A DNA stretch of 64,000 nucleotides, taken from assembly GCF_018350175.1 (NCBI RefSeq), contig NC_058382.1, forward strand, positions 49,664,001 to 49,728,000, read 5' to 3'. Source of the DNA: Felis catus (Eukaryota). Below are positions 48,867 through 62,510 of the stretch, piece after piece. The translations under genes were made by a program, and so were the position numbers. The notes beneath the pieces were generated by a model. The model had not been told where the DNA came from. It did not search any database and was given only the letters and a program-made list of their open reading frames with translations. Positions within the stretch are counted from its first letter, which is position 1; each line of letters opens with the position of its first letter.

Positions 48867-51847
48867 CTAGGGAAAGCGAAAAAACGAAATGTGTAAACAT
48901 GTAAGAACAATCATCTCTTGATTCATGGTTTTTCTGATTGTTGCAGGGCTCCCTAGATTTGAGCTTTTTATCTTAATGGAAAACTTTTTTTTGTATTTAG
49001 AGTACTTCCTGTCTGGTGTAGAGAACACTTTAAGTAGACCAGAATTCAAATGCACTTTTCCTGCTGAACATCTCTGATGGCTCTAAGGACCTAGGACTAG
49101 GAAATCTTAAAGACCTCTGTTTGCTCTGTAGGACAGGTCTCTACTTGCAGAGAGGGAGACGCGCCGCATGATTCAGACACGGCTCTAGAGTCACGTGCCT
49201 CTGTAGATATTCTGGCTCGGTGTGACCTGAGCCTACTTAACCGCATCTGCCCTGGTTTCCTATAACCTACCAGGTGAATAGTTAGTTATTCACAGGGCCG
49301 TAGTGTATCTTGGAGGTAAAGTGCTTTAACATAGCACCGGGCACAGAGTAAAGGTGTAACAAATGTCAGCCACCCTGAGTCAGTGTCATCATTTGTGTCC
49401 TAAAGCCCCAGGGAACTCCTTTAAGAGAAAGAGAAACAGATCCCAACACTGATGAGCAGAAGTCACAGTATCTTAACAAGACTCTAAGGTCAGTTTCCTT
49501 TCGACTCCTGTGAGTCAGGACCCTGGACTTTCCCAGGAGGTGGAGAACATTCCTCACCCTGAAAGGAGGGAGTATACAGCCTGTGTTCTACTTGCTGGTG
49601 ACACGATCATGGACTGTGGGAGAAACCCCATACGCCCAAGTTCAAGTCTTGGCAGGTCACATGTCTCCAGTCACTGTTAAATGTAGAAGATAAAATAAGG
49701 AAAACAGAATGCAGCTAGTTAGTAAGAAGGTGGTATCAGGGCAAAGAACTATGGAAGGAACACGGCCTTTGGTCAAAACACGTTGTATACGACCACACAG
49801 GAAACTGAAAGTTACTTTCTGCTTTACTGGGATATGTAGGAGAGTCAAACATGTACAACTTGTATGAGCTAACATCATAAGTCCTACTGATAACATCAGC
49901 AGTCATACCTTTCACTTGCCTAGAATGCTAATTCTCCAAGTGCTTCCCTTGCCATTTTCTCAGTGTCCTCTTACTATGGCCCGTGAAAGAGGACCACTGC
50001 ACCTCCGAATTGGGGGAGGAACACTCGAGAGGATCTGGTGTCATGCTAACCCTTCTGAAACCCACCTCCCTGCAGCACAGGGCCAGCGAAGGATGGCCCG
50101 TTCCTGCCTCAGAGCGAGCAGACAGGCTGGTGTCCACACCGAACACAAGACTCCGGGGGCCAAACCATGACCCTCCACACCCTCATCCTATTCACGCTGG
50201 TCAGGAGGATGTTAGCTCCCCTGTTGTGGTCACATCCCACCACACGATGTTAGCTGAAGATGGATGCAGGACAGGCTGGACAGGCATCCTCGTCCTCATT
50301 TTGAATTGGACACATAAACAAAGTTCAGAGAGGCTACATGACACAACAAAGGTCAAGCCAGTAGAACATGCAGAGCCAGGACAAAGCAAGGTCTTTCTGA
50401 CTCCCAGTGCGGTGCCCTGTGTGGTCTCACGTCTAAGCTGAGAATCTACTTGAGATATTTTTTGACAGCTATTTTACTTCCCAGTTTGCTTAAAAATTTT
50501 CCAAACAGGTCTCTGTGATTTTCACTTCACATCTTCTAAAAATTCTTTTCCACATAAGTCACTTCCTACAACAATCTCTCATCAAAGCACGCGCGCACAC
50601 GCACGCACCCAGGCTGTATTTTTACCAGGAGCAGAGCATGAGTGAGGGTACAGAAACTGAGTACGTCCCCCATCTTTCCCCTCCTCCCTGGCCTCACTGC
50701 CACCAACCTGGTTCTTACTATTTTATCATCTCTTCTGGAGCATTCTGCAGTCTCTTCTCTCGTCTCCCTGGCCGGTTTTGTCCCAGCCCACTCACCTGTT
50801 CCACCCTGGCCTCTAGTCCACGTGCCATCATTAGGGGGAATTCTCTGAAACACAAGGCTTATCGTGTCTTTCTGCTTAAATGTCCCTTCCCTGACCCCTC
50901 ATTGCTCTTAAAATAAAGAATACATTTCTTCCTAACTTGCAAAGTTCTTCCTCATCTTCCCTCACCACATCTACCCTTGCAAGCTAAGGTCCAACCTCAC
51001 AGTCCTGAACCTAGAGTTCACCTCCCATTTATCTGGTCTTGTCTCAGCTTAGGGGCGACTCCTCCAGGAAGCCTTCTCCGACCCTTTGCCAATCTCTGGA
51101 TGAGATGCCTCCTGGTGGTGTGTCTAGGGCACCCATTCGAGCACCGATCCTTCCCGTAGCAGATGCTTGAGAACTTTGATTCTAGCTGCCGCCACACTGG
51201 GCACTTCTGAGCAGGCTCAGAATCACTGCTGACAACATCTACCAAAAGCATGCACCTCGAGGCTTTCCTTTTCTGGCTGCAGGGCCTCCTCTGATCCTGC
51301 CTACATGTTGGAAGCACTGCCTGGCCGCGTGGTGGAGGTCATACCATTGGGGCCACCCTGATGGCCCCAGATGGCTACGGCTACAAGGCGCAGACTCCTG
51401 TCCTCACACAGGCAATTCCAGGAGGTCATCTGAATGCTCCTAGAAGTCCTGGTGGCAAGGAGCCCTTGCAGCCCTGGAAACACACTCTCATACTGGCTTT
51501 CCCTCCTGCCCCATCCCCTCCCTCTACCTCCTCACTCCTGCTGCCCGAAGACGGCTTCCCAAAGAAGGACCTACACTAACGGACTTATCCGAGGTCCTGC
51601 TTTGAGGGGAACCTAACTGCTTAGGCACAACACTGCTTTCCTCGTGCGTGCTCCGTCTCTCTGAGGGTACTTAAGCTCCGGGTCCCCAAATCTCTCTATG
51701 GCACATGGATTGGGTGTTACAAACAGTAGGCACTCAATCAATGTCACCCGGATCACAGAAACAATTAGAGGGAGGGAATCAGCTCTTTACAGAATAAAGG
51801 GTGTTCAGAATACTTTTAAATTGGGGATTCTGAGGGGAGTGATTTCT

Positions 51848-52072
51848 TTTTTTTTTTTTTATTTTTTTTTTAATGTTTATTTATTTTTGAGACAGGGAGA
51901 GACAGAGCATGAACAGGGGAGGGTCAGAGATAGGGAGACACAGAATCTGAAACAGGCTCCAGGCTCTGAGCTGTCAGCACAGAGCCCGACGCGGGGCTCG
52001 AACTCACGGACCGCGAGATCGTGACCTGAGCCGAAGTCGGCCGCTTAACCGACTGAGCCACCTAGGCGCCCC
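51848..52072 (-). mobile_element. Young felid Can-SINE (SINEC_Fc)
   Basis: Near-consensus, CpG-rich; perfect 16-bp TSD gaggggagtgatttct at 51832-51847 and 52073-52088. Confidence 0.97.
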
Positions 52073-55000
52073 GAGGGGAGTGATTTCTACTTGCCTTCAT
52101 TCATCATTCAGCTCATGACAACCTGGTCCCTCCACCCGAGCGGCACCATAAGCTCTGTACAGCATCTCCCACCCTCAGCTGCAGTTCTGATGGTAGTCCC
52201 AAATTATACCATCTTTCTGACAATCACTTTGAGAAGTCTGAGAAAATGATCTTTTGCAGCATTAACAGTGAAGAGAGTTCCAGAAAAGTAAAAAGCCATA
52301 ATCCCCCTTTGCCTTGCTCACCACTAAACACCAGCGAAATGTCACCTGTGCCTAATATGCTTTAAGGGAAAGCTTCCAGGTCTGTCTTCACTGGATCATG
52401 AATGTGGTTTGTGACTCCTAATCTGATAAGTCTCGAAAGCAAAATTACCTGTCTTGTATTTGAGGCTACATCAAAGTGAATGACACATTTATGGCAGCAG
52501 CCAAAACATGCGAGGCTCATCGCGACTGAGAGCCCTTTCTCTTCTGGAATCTGGGGCGTGGGGTCCCTGCAGGCTTTGGAGCACTCATACGCCCCATCAC
52601 TCGACACGGGGCTGCAGTGGCACAGGCCTGGCATCGCTCCATCACAGCTTTCAGGAGGGCACGTGTACCATGACCTCGGCCCTAGCTCTGCTGTTAAGGT
52701 TCATCAACCAGGCTTTCAGGAGGGCAGAGGCAGGCAAGAAAGCCTCAGCTTCTGGTCAAGGGCGGCTGGCTCTCTTGGCCAGGAAAGAGCACCGCAGAGA
52801 GTACCGCAGTGGTCCCGAGAGGGGCGGCTGGCCAGGAGGCGTCTATTAGCACTGCCCTCCCACAGACCTCTGGCAGCTGTGGGAAGGGGGAGGTCAGAAT
52901 TCCCTCAGAGACCCCTCTGCTGTCAGCAGGAACCAGTGCAGTTTCAGGCACCAGATCAACAGAGCCACCGATTTCTCTTTGTACTGGATCCTAAGTCATA
53001 AGGGCAAGGTACTACCAGAGGGTCGCCTTTGACAGACCACCTGTTTCCCCAGCCATGGATTTTCGGATCTTGATTCTAAACTGTGGTGAGCTGTGTCACC
53101 GAAGACCACGGTATTTCATTCAAGAGACTCCTCATCCACCTGTTGCAAGGCCAAGTCCAAAGAAACGCACCATTCACTTGCTCATTCTCAGACATGTCCG
53201 GTATGTGGCTACCAAGATGTTTCCAATGTAATAATGGCTTTTCAACCCCCTCCTCCTGAACGCCACTGTCCTCTACTGAGCTAACTACCGTAAGTTCGAT
53301 GTGAAGACTAATCCTGTCCAAGCGCATGGCCTCGGCTCCCCTCTCCTCTAAAGCAGCAGGCTTCTGTGCCGAAAGAGCGCCTGGCTGAGTGCAGCGGGCT
53401 TGCTGGTGAAAGCAGCTCCTACCAAGCTTTTTTCTCTCGTGTATTCGACCTCGTTATCCCTCAATAAGCAATTCTCTTCTGTTCCGTTTCCACGGCACCC
53501 AGCCCAACGACCTACGCCAACACCAGACACCCACGAAGACCTCGCACACACAGATTCAGAACCTCCAAAAAAGTAAAAGGGGCAAAAAAAGGCAAAATGA
53601 CAGTCATCTTTTTCCTTTCTCAATTCAAAGTTTATGATGATAATCTGCTAGAACTTCTTCTGCTTCTCTTGAGTCACAGAAATGGAAGTTTAACAAAATT
53701 CACTGCAACCAAATGATAAGCTCTATCCTGTTGAGTATGTCAGAAAGACATTAGTAACTTGTTTTCTTGGCTCCAGCCTCAGAAGCATGGACTCAGATTC
53801 ACCCGAACAAATCCACTGATTCCATTCATTTTGTAGCAAAAGCACTGCTCTATCCAGCCGCCCTCATGATGCTCTGGATCCTGCTGTTTATTTCCAAGAG
53901 GTGCTGGGAAAGAACCAGGAAGATAACAAGGGGAAACAGAGAGGATGGCAGGACACTGCAACTGACTGGAAGGAAAAGCGGGCACATCTTTCCCCAAGAT
54001 CTTTAAAATTGGCCTCAGGAACTCAGCCGGCCCACAGAATAGAATTTTAGGTTTGGGAATGAATTTAGACTCAGTCATTCATTGTACTCCTCCATCAGAG
54101 ATTACTGAGAAATGACTGTATACCAGACATTGTGCTTGGACCTAGGGACACACAAATACATAAGGCATAATCTTTGGCTTCAAGGAGACAATGTAATAGA
54201 AGAGACCGTCATACAGGCAAATTATAACCACATACTTACTTTCAGAGCACAAAAGAGGGACCATATGAGAGGCTGTTTAATCCAACTTCCTTATTTTAGA
54301 GATGAGTTAACTATGAAATCCAAGAAGATTAAGAAACCTGCCCAAGTTCCCAAGGGGAGACGTGGGACCAGTACTCTGTGCTTCTGACCTCCGGCCTGTC
54401 TCACCCCCCCACCTCCCCACCTGTCTTTTCTACCTGGTTGATGCTGGAGTTGGGGACAGACAACCTTTGGGGATCCCTTCCATACTCCGACTTCTATCAC
54501 TGCTAATTTGGGGGGGGGGGTGTTATTTCCCCTGTTGTCTTGGAGCTCACTGTACACAGGGCCCATGTCCTACTCATTCCTGACTCACCCACACTACGTG
54601 GGTGATCACTATGTGTTTAATGAACTAAATCCCTGTGATTTGATAATGGGCTTATCCAAATGAATTTTTTTCTCGTGACAAAAGGAGTCAACACTGCACC
54701 GGAACCAAGATGTCAGAAAAGGTAGCTCCAAAAGTAGACTGGCAAGAATAGGGTCAACACATGTACAAGGAAGCACTACTGACCTTTACTTAGAACTCTA
54801 ACACATGGAGCCCGGCTCTAGTCTATGCCTTCCGTCTCATAACTTGCATAACCACTAAAATGCAAATTATTTGGAACAAAGATTCTTTGGCACAGATACC
54901 CAGTTTCCTTAGGATTTGTCATCTGTTTACAAGGCAGGAGTGGATTTTTTTGTAGCTCACACATGGGATTATTTTCCAGAGCCATACAAGGGTCCGGAAC

Positions 55001-55647
55001 TGTCACGGTACTCCCTGAGAAATGGGAAGAAAGTTTATGATGATAATTCTTCATTGAGAGCTGTCTGCTTGGAACCGCCGTCCTCTTTTAGATCTTCTTT
55101 GGATGTAGCTAAAATCTGCAAGAATGAAAAGTAAAGCCCCGATCCCTGGGCCAGTCTCACTCTTCATCTGTGAAAATCTCTAAGTAATCTCCCCAAAGCC
55201 CAAGACCAGACCACTCAAGAAAACAGCCTGGAAGCCAGCGGTACTTTAGGGAGAGAGTTCAAATCCCATTCACTTCCCAGCAATGTGCCGGCAGTATTCT
55301 ATAGGCCACTGGGCTCAGGAAAGCGGAAAATCAGAAGTCAGACAAGAAGTATCAAATGATCTTAACCGTTTTGTGGCTTGAAAAACCTGTTATTAACGTT
55401 GATACTGTGCCAGCTACCCGCCCCCAAAAGTGGCATCTATCAGCAAAAGGTGAAATAAAGGCTGACAAAAAGCAGCAGCTTCAGCTTTTATACAAAGAGC
55501 AAGTGATTTGTGACTTGGTTCTACTGCTTCGATCCCAATCCAAGAATGAAGTACACTTAAGTCTGATTTGATTTCATCTGTACAAGACCTTTAAAACATG
55601 TCTCCGAAACACACTTGATTATTCTGGTGGCGAAAGTTCTGAATTCT

Positions 55648-55843
55648 TTTTTGTTTTTAAAAATTTTTAAGGTTTATTTATTTGAGAGAGAAAGGCAGGG
55701 GGAGGGGCAAAGAGAATTCCAAGCAGGCCCTGCAGTGTCAGCACAGAGCCTGATGCGGGGCTTGATCCCAGGAACTGTGAGATCACGACCTGAGTTGAAA
55801 CCAAGAGTCAGACACTTAACTCACGAAGCCACCCAGGTGCCCC
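55648..55843 (-). mobile_element. Can-SINE
   Basis: 15-bp TSD aaagttctgaattct at 55633-55647 and 55845-55859. Confidence 0.94.
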
Positions 55844-56719
55844 AAAAGTTCTGAATTCTAATCTCTTCCGAAACAGTGTTTTACAGAAAGCGCTTTCCAA
55901 CTCTTCCTTCCCTGTCAGTGAAGCACCGAGGTCTCCATTGATGCCGGAAACCCGATCACGCCAGCAGACTCAGTCGGATCTACTGAAATGGACGGCTCTT
56001 CCGGGAGTGGATGCATCATCCATTCACAGTGAGCCATGAACTGTTCTCCCCAGAGCAGTACAGGCCCTCTCACTGCACAGTCTCCTGGTCCCTGCTGTAA
56101 TCCAGGGCGTTCATCTTGGGACAAGTAACTGGGCTTAGGGGCTCTGCAGTGACAATGAAAAGGACTTTTTTCCTGGGACAAGCTAATTGATCTGCCGGGC
56201 AGTGTATTTATTAGCAACACACCCCAAGAGAAACTTACTGTCCCTTTTCTCTCTGAAGAACTGTCCTCTAGGAGTCTATTGTTCTGCTGAAACCAGCCTG
56301 CTTAGTGGGCTTGGGTGTCTTGCCACAAAGGGCCATTGTTTTGTTTTATCTATTTATTTATTTATTTATTTTTTAATTGTTGTTTGTTTTTATTAATCTG
56401 CCTGGTTCAGACCTTTCAAAGAAGGTCAAAGTGAGACAAGTGTCAGGGAGGACCAGGCCCTCTTCCCCCACCCTTCCTTGGTGCACGAAGGCATCTGCGA
56501 TGCTTGGCTCGTGTGTGTAACGCAGGGAGAGATCTGCATGGAGACGCAAAAAGTCTTGCATTGCGAGTGGGGCAAGTGTGAGCTTTAACACGAGCATTTG
56601 TTCCACTACCGCTTCTGAGGGACGGGGTACAGCAGCACTCAGCACAAGAACCCCAGGGCGGTCTGGTGAGAAATGTCCAACTTTCTAGTTTAAAAATGTC
56701 GCACTGACATTAACGTTGA

Positions 56720-57430
56720 AAGCAGAGAACAAGCATTATCTGAATAGCCTAGATTCACTCATTATTAGCATTTTGCCACATGTGCTTTCTCTCTCCCCCT
56801 TCCTCCCTCCCGCTTTCCCCCTTTCTCTCCATTTAAATGATCTTTTTTGGAGGCGTGAAACCACTTTTAACTAAGATGCAGACATCATGCCCCTTCACTT
56901 CTAAATACTTGGGCATGTGGTGCCTAAGGGCATCCTCATACATCAACACAACACTTTATACCGCACCCAAGAACTTTAAAGCTGATCGAACGGTGTAAAG
57001 TCCATATTCACAATTCCCTCACTGCCTCCCCAGATGGCCATGACAGTCGTTCCCCATTCCCTCCTTCCAGGCAGGAAGCATCTGACGTTTCCTTAGTCTC
57101 CTTTACTTTTTAATCTAGTACAGTGTCCTGCCTCTTCTTTGGTTTGTTTGATTTTTGGTCCTTAATGCCATTGCCAATTTTTTTGAGTCCAGAATAGAAT
57201 ACTGCTCGTTTAGGGTTTGTCCGTTTCTTATGCCAGGTGGGTACACAGGTGAGGTCAGAATCAGTTTACTGCACCACCACCCAGAGCCGGCCGGAGTGTG
57301 AGGTCAGCCCAGGACTCATGATGATCTGTGTGGTCCCTTGGGGCAGGTGGTGACCGCCAGAGCTCCCGTTTGTAAAGGTGTACTCTCCTCTCTGTAACCA
57401 ATTTGTAATTAATGTGTGTGATGCACAGGA
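56720..57430 (-). mobile_element. Old L1MC-like fragment
   Basis: tgcagacatcatgccccttcacttctaaatactt and gtccatattcacaattccc motifs. Confidence 0.7.
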
Positions 57431-60400
57431 TACTACTCTCAGGACGCTCAGCAAGTTCTGACTGCTTCTTACTTCTGGTGCCCACTCTGTAATGCCCTGG
57501 AAATGTCTGTGGACAGACTGAAGTGAAAAAAACAGTGAAGGATCTTATGTGAAGGACAAATATTCAGGAACTCTTAAAGGGATCATAGAGCTCTGGCTGT
57601 AAGAAAGTCTCTTAAAAGTCAAAGAGCAGTAACTAGAGAAAAGGCCAAGGGTTACAAGATGGTCAAAAGAGTCCTAGACTGCACAGGCCAATGGTGAATA
57701 CGGAGTTCTCTGGCCAACATGCAGGCATTCACTTACATATCTGGTTACTCTTCTCAAGGGCCTGGCGCCTGCTATGCCTAAGGGTTAAGTGACAGAAGTC
57801 TTAGTGACAAAGAAAAACCCTCTGGCCCGCCCACCAGACCTCTAGGAAATGATCCTCCTGAATTTCCCTTCTGCTCTGCTCCACTCCCCTGTGGTTTCAC
57901 CCCATTCCCTGGGAAAGAGATAATGCCACATCCCTTCCTGCCGCTGCTCCAGCAATTTCCTTCCTTACACTAGTCCCATGCTGGGGGATCATGGCAAAGT
58001 AGGGAAGGGCCTCCACCATTTTAAAGTAGCTGGAGAGTGAAGAAGGCCTGGCTCTCCAAAGCGGAAACCTTTACTTTACTGGAATAAGGACCATGCCCGG
58101 GGAGGGGATGCTTTCTCCCTGAGGTGCAAGCTGCTGTTGCTTGAATCTGTATGATCAGGCACAGGTGGGAAGAATAATTCACTGGCCAACATAAATAGAC
58201 CATTTACATTTCTGAGACAGAATTTTAAAGGAATTATTAAATACAGCTTCTAACGAAGCCCATAATGATATTTTTCTTTATGCGGAAGCCTGGGAGTTCG
58301 ACTGAGGAGGGCACACACGGCTTGTTTTCCAGATAGTGGTTTCATATCAGCTCCCGATCAAGTGCAGACACAGAGGCAAAGAAGAGATGAAGCTGTCAGG
58401 ACCTGGTAGCCAAAGTCACTGCCCTCTGTAGAGGGGAGTCCTGATGGCTTTCTCCTGTGACAGTGCTGAGCCCGTGTGGGTGTGCGGATGCCCGTCTGGT
58501 CTGAGGGCAGGAGCCACATTCACCTGGATCACTCTCATCAGGAAACACGGTTGAGCAAACAGCACGTCTCTCAAACCAGCCAATGTGAAAAGCAAAGCAC
58601 AGGGCACAGAAGAGAAATGTGCCTCAACGGTGGCTCGTCTGGCTAATTGCTGATGAGGGACTTGGCATGCTTTCCCAAACCCCAACATTCTGCTCTTTCT
58701 TTGACTTTTAGCTTTCTGTTTCTCCCAGGCAGATCTCTAACCCCTTTAGAAAATGTCTGAGGATGTCAACATAAAATTAAGTTCCTGGACTCATCCCAAA
58801 TTGAGATCAGGTCAAAGTTTCAGGATGTGGGGGTGTCCTCAGTCAGACTAGAAATATTCCTTTAGTTTTACATCATGGAGACTTCATGGAAAATGAGTCA
58901 TGACCACGCTCCTTTCTAGCCATGGAGAGGCACATGAACCACATGGTTGTGAATGAAACTCCACACGAGTTGGCTGCCACACATCCTGCAAAATTATTCC
59001 CCTTCGTCCTAAACTTCTCACTGCTCCTATATAAGCATGCCACATTCCAAATGAGAGGATATGGAAGTTGGACACAGCTGGGACTCCCGACTCCTCCAAG
59101 TTCTGTCTGGAGGGCTGTGTGCTCTATGGTCCTTTCACCAGACGAGGCTAAAGTGGCAAGAAAGGCCATTTCTCAGCACCCGGCACTCTTGCTTGGGGCC
59201 CTGACTCCAGATCTCTCTCAAGGTGGCATCTAGAACATCGCTCACTCGCTCTGCAGCCAGGGCATCTTGTCCCGCCTCCTAGAAGCTGTGATTCGGCTAA
59301 CCTCAATGGGCAACTCGATGAAGCTTAGACTCCAACCTTCCCAATTCTCGGGAGCTGCTCTCATCTGTCCTCAAAAAGCCGGGGCGTACCACCATCAGCG
59401 TCAGCAGCTTCCCCTGTCATGGCAGCCTTCCAATCCAGCACTTAGGTGCCCCTGGGAAGCAGTTACCTGCACGGGGTGATCAAAAGAAGGGGGCTGTTTC
59501 TGCCTGAGCCCAGGATGTCACTTTGCTAAGGCGATGCAGTAGTTTTGAACAAAGAGAAATATGTGTTCCCATGGAGTCTGGTAGAGAAAGCAGAAAACTT
59601 TCTTTTTACTGCACGCAGGAAATGGCTTTCATAGATGCTAACCACAGTTGGGCCATCTGTACAACCACAACATAGTTTCTCTTTAATAGATGGAAGGTTT
59701 TTACCCTTTGCATCACTAACCACCAAAAAGAATTCCCACCCTCCATCTCTACGGCAAGAAGAGAAAGCGACAAGTCTCTTTCCTTTCTGCCAGCCAGGGG
59801 TTGCTAAAGCAGCTTTTTCATTCAGAAATGAGGTTTGTTCTACAAGGTGACTATGACCCAACCCTACTGATGAGTGATGGATGAACCCTGAACAAATTCA
59901 GATGCTTGCACCCTGGGGGGACGTCCCCTCAGAGCACGTGCTTTATGACCAAGATCCACAATGGGTTGCGGCCAAACGTTTGAAAAAGGTGCTTGAGCAA
60001 CTGCTGGCTGAGAGAGGACGGTCTGCTGAGACCCGGCCAGCCCCGCCAGGCAGAGATGCCATGAGGGAATTAAAACAAGACGGAGGCCCTGACCTGCAGC
60101 CCCTTGCTCTTGAGGCAGCAGAGCAGCCTGTGAGGGTCTGTGACCCTCTCCGGGGCGGGGGCTTCAAGCTGCCCTTCCTGTCACCGTGAGGCTCAGCTGG
60201 TAATTCAGCAGCATGAGCGTGTTCCTCCTTCTCACTGCCCAGGCGAGGGAAGGAGGCTGGGAGCTAGGAAACACTGCCGCTCTCCTCCACATGCTACAGC
60301 TGAGATGAAAACCAGCAGACACAACAAAACAGAAGGCCCAAACTGCCCAGCTGTACTGGGGAAGAGGTTTCTCTAAGAGTGAAGACGATGGAGACAATAA

Positions 60401-60494
60401 CCCAAATGTATCAGCTACTAAGTTTATTTGTATTTTGAAAGAGTGCTGGAAAATCTGGTGACCAATCATTTCTGACTCTCAGCTAATACTTTTA

Positions 60495-60710
60495 AAAACC
60501 TCTTTACTGAGATACAACTCACATACTAAAGAATTCACCCATTTAAGGTAGGTAAGTCGGTGGTGCTTCGTATATTCAGTTATGCAGCCATTACCACAAC
60601 CTAATTTTAGAACATTCTGTCATGCCCTTAAAAAAACCCTCATACCCATCAGCAGCCAGCCCTAGGTCCCCAGCCTTAGGCAACCACTAGTCTACTTTCT
60701 CTATCGATCT
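60495..60710 (-). mobile_element. L1M 3'-end fragment
   Basis: tttactgagatacaactcacatac...attcacccatttaag...ggcaaccactagtctactttct. Confidence 0.82.
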
Positions 60711-62199
60711 ATTCTCTCAAGTAACACTTTTTAAATCCTAGGTTTAAGATCTTGAAGCTGAATTCTGAAGCAACATGTCTCAAATAAAGAAAAAAAAAAA
60801 GGCAACAACACGTCTCTCAGTTCATACCTATTATCTTCCTATAGGAAACGCAATCCTCCCACTCCGTCCTCTATGCTGATGGTCACACAGAAATTTCGTG
60901 AAGGGCAGGGAAATAAGAAACCTACACCTGCGACTACGGCAGTATCTACGCGCTGCTAGGGGAACCAAGTCCCGCACATCACCAGTGCCAGTTTGGAGCT
61001 TTATCTGAAAAGCTGCCGGGCACATGCAGGGCAAAAACCTGCCCTTACCACTTAATTTGTGTTTCTTTTTTAAATCTGAGTCTCAACTAACCAATTATTA
61101 AAACGAGGATAATACTAACTGCCTTGAAGGATGATGATTAAATGAGATATTCCTCCGGTCAGCTCTTCTTTACTGACGGCCTCCAGTGGGTGAGACCCTG
61201 CTGGCCACGGGAGACAGAGACACAGGTCTCTTACCCTCACTCAGTTTATCCACCCAAGACAGATACACAGATAAGTAATTACACCAGGAGAGAAGTGCTA
61301 CTCAGCAGGTGCACTAGGAGTCAGGGTGTTAGTTGGGGAAGGCTGTGGGGGGTGGGGGTGAGTGGGTGTCTGAAGTTTGAAGGATGAGAAGGAACTTGCC
61401 AGGAGCACAAACTGGGATAAAGAAGTTCAGAAAGAGGTAATAACACTCGCACTACACGTGAAGGCAACTTAGCACAATGTCTGGCACAGAGCAGAAAATC
61501 AATATTTCCTGTCGTCCCCACTCTTATTCTCCTAAATCTTTGAAAAGATGCTCTGGAATCCAGAAAGAAATTAAAATCTTGCTGCTGCTAGAGAGAAATT
61601 AGTGGATCTAGGTCTTTAGGAGTTGCTTGTTCTATCTTTTTCCAAGGCTAATTCATATTTGGCGGCAAAGCAGATTTTAAATTTCGACTTCTTCCCCTAC
61701 CCCAAACTTTTCATTCTGAAAATTTCCAAGCCAAGAGAAGCTGATCTGCTTTAATCTAGAATAGTTCCCCCACCAGCAGAATGGCCCACAGTTTGGACTT
61801 TTCTGACTGTTACTGTCAGCATCTTTGAAGGCATCTGGGAGTTCTCTGGCACCCGCTCCTTGGACCACTCTTCTCGACCTACACTCACTTCCCGAGTGAC
61901 CTCGTCCAGGCCCAAGGCTTACATACCAGTTATGTGCCGCCTTTCCCCAGTGTCTTTCTTATCCTTGGCCCAGACCTCTGTCCCTACCTCCAGCCTTCCA
62001 TGCCCACCTGTGCAGTGGGCTTCGTCTGCAGCAGCTTGCCACATCTTTGCCGAGGGCAACGACACCTGGCGGTGCTTACCTCTCCAAACCTCCTCTCCTG
62101 AGACTACCCCCGTCATCCCACCTCACGCACATGCTCACTCTCTGGGACCTGCAAGCCCCTCCTTCTGCCCTCCATATTCTCTTCCCAGACAGTGTCTTG

Positions 62200-62510
62200 G
62201 TTCACTTCCTTACCCCCGTAAAGTCTCGGTTCCAATCTCAATTTCCCAGGGAGTACTACCCTGACCGTCCTATTCAACACTTCACCTTCGGCCCATGCTC
62301 CTGATCCCCTACCCTCCTCCGATTTTTCTTCCCTCCCTAACGCTTAGCATTTTCTGACACACCACGTAATTTATCTGTCATGTTTACTGTCTAGCTTCGT
62401 GCTGGAATGAAGACTCCACAAAGCTAGAACCAACGTCTGTTTTGTTCACGGATATAACCCAAGCACATGGTAGGCACCCAATAAGTATTTGTTAGAAGAA
62501 TGTATGAATA
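62200..62510 (+). mobile_element. L2 3' end
   Basis: gtctgttttgttcac...catggtaggcacccaataagtatttgttagaagaatg terminal motif. Confidence 0.78.

Noticed and set aside
61024..61040. ATGCAGGGCAAAAAC (MQGKN), resembling a recalled BCAR1 isoform start
   Set aside because: Wrong strand, no splice donor, and it lies inside a CFDP1 intron; coincidence.
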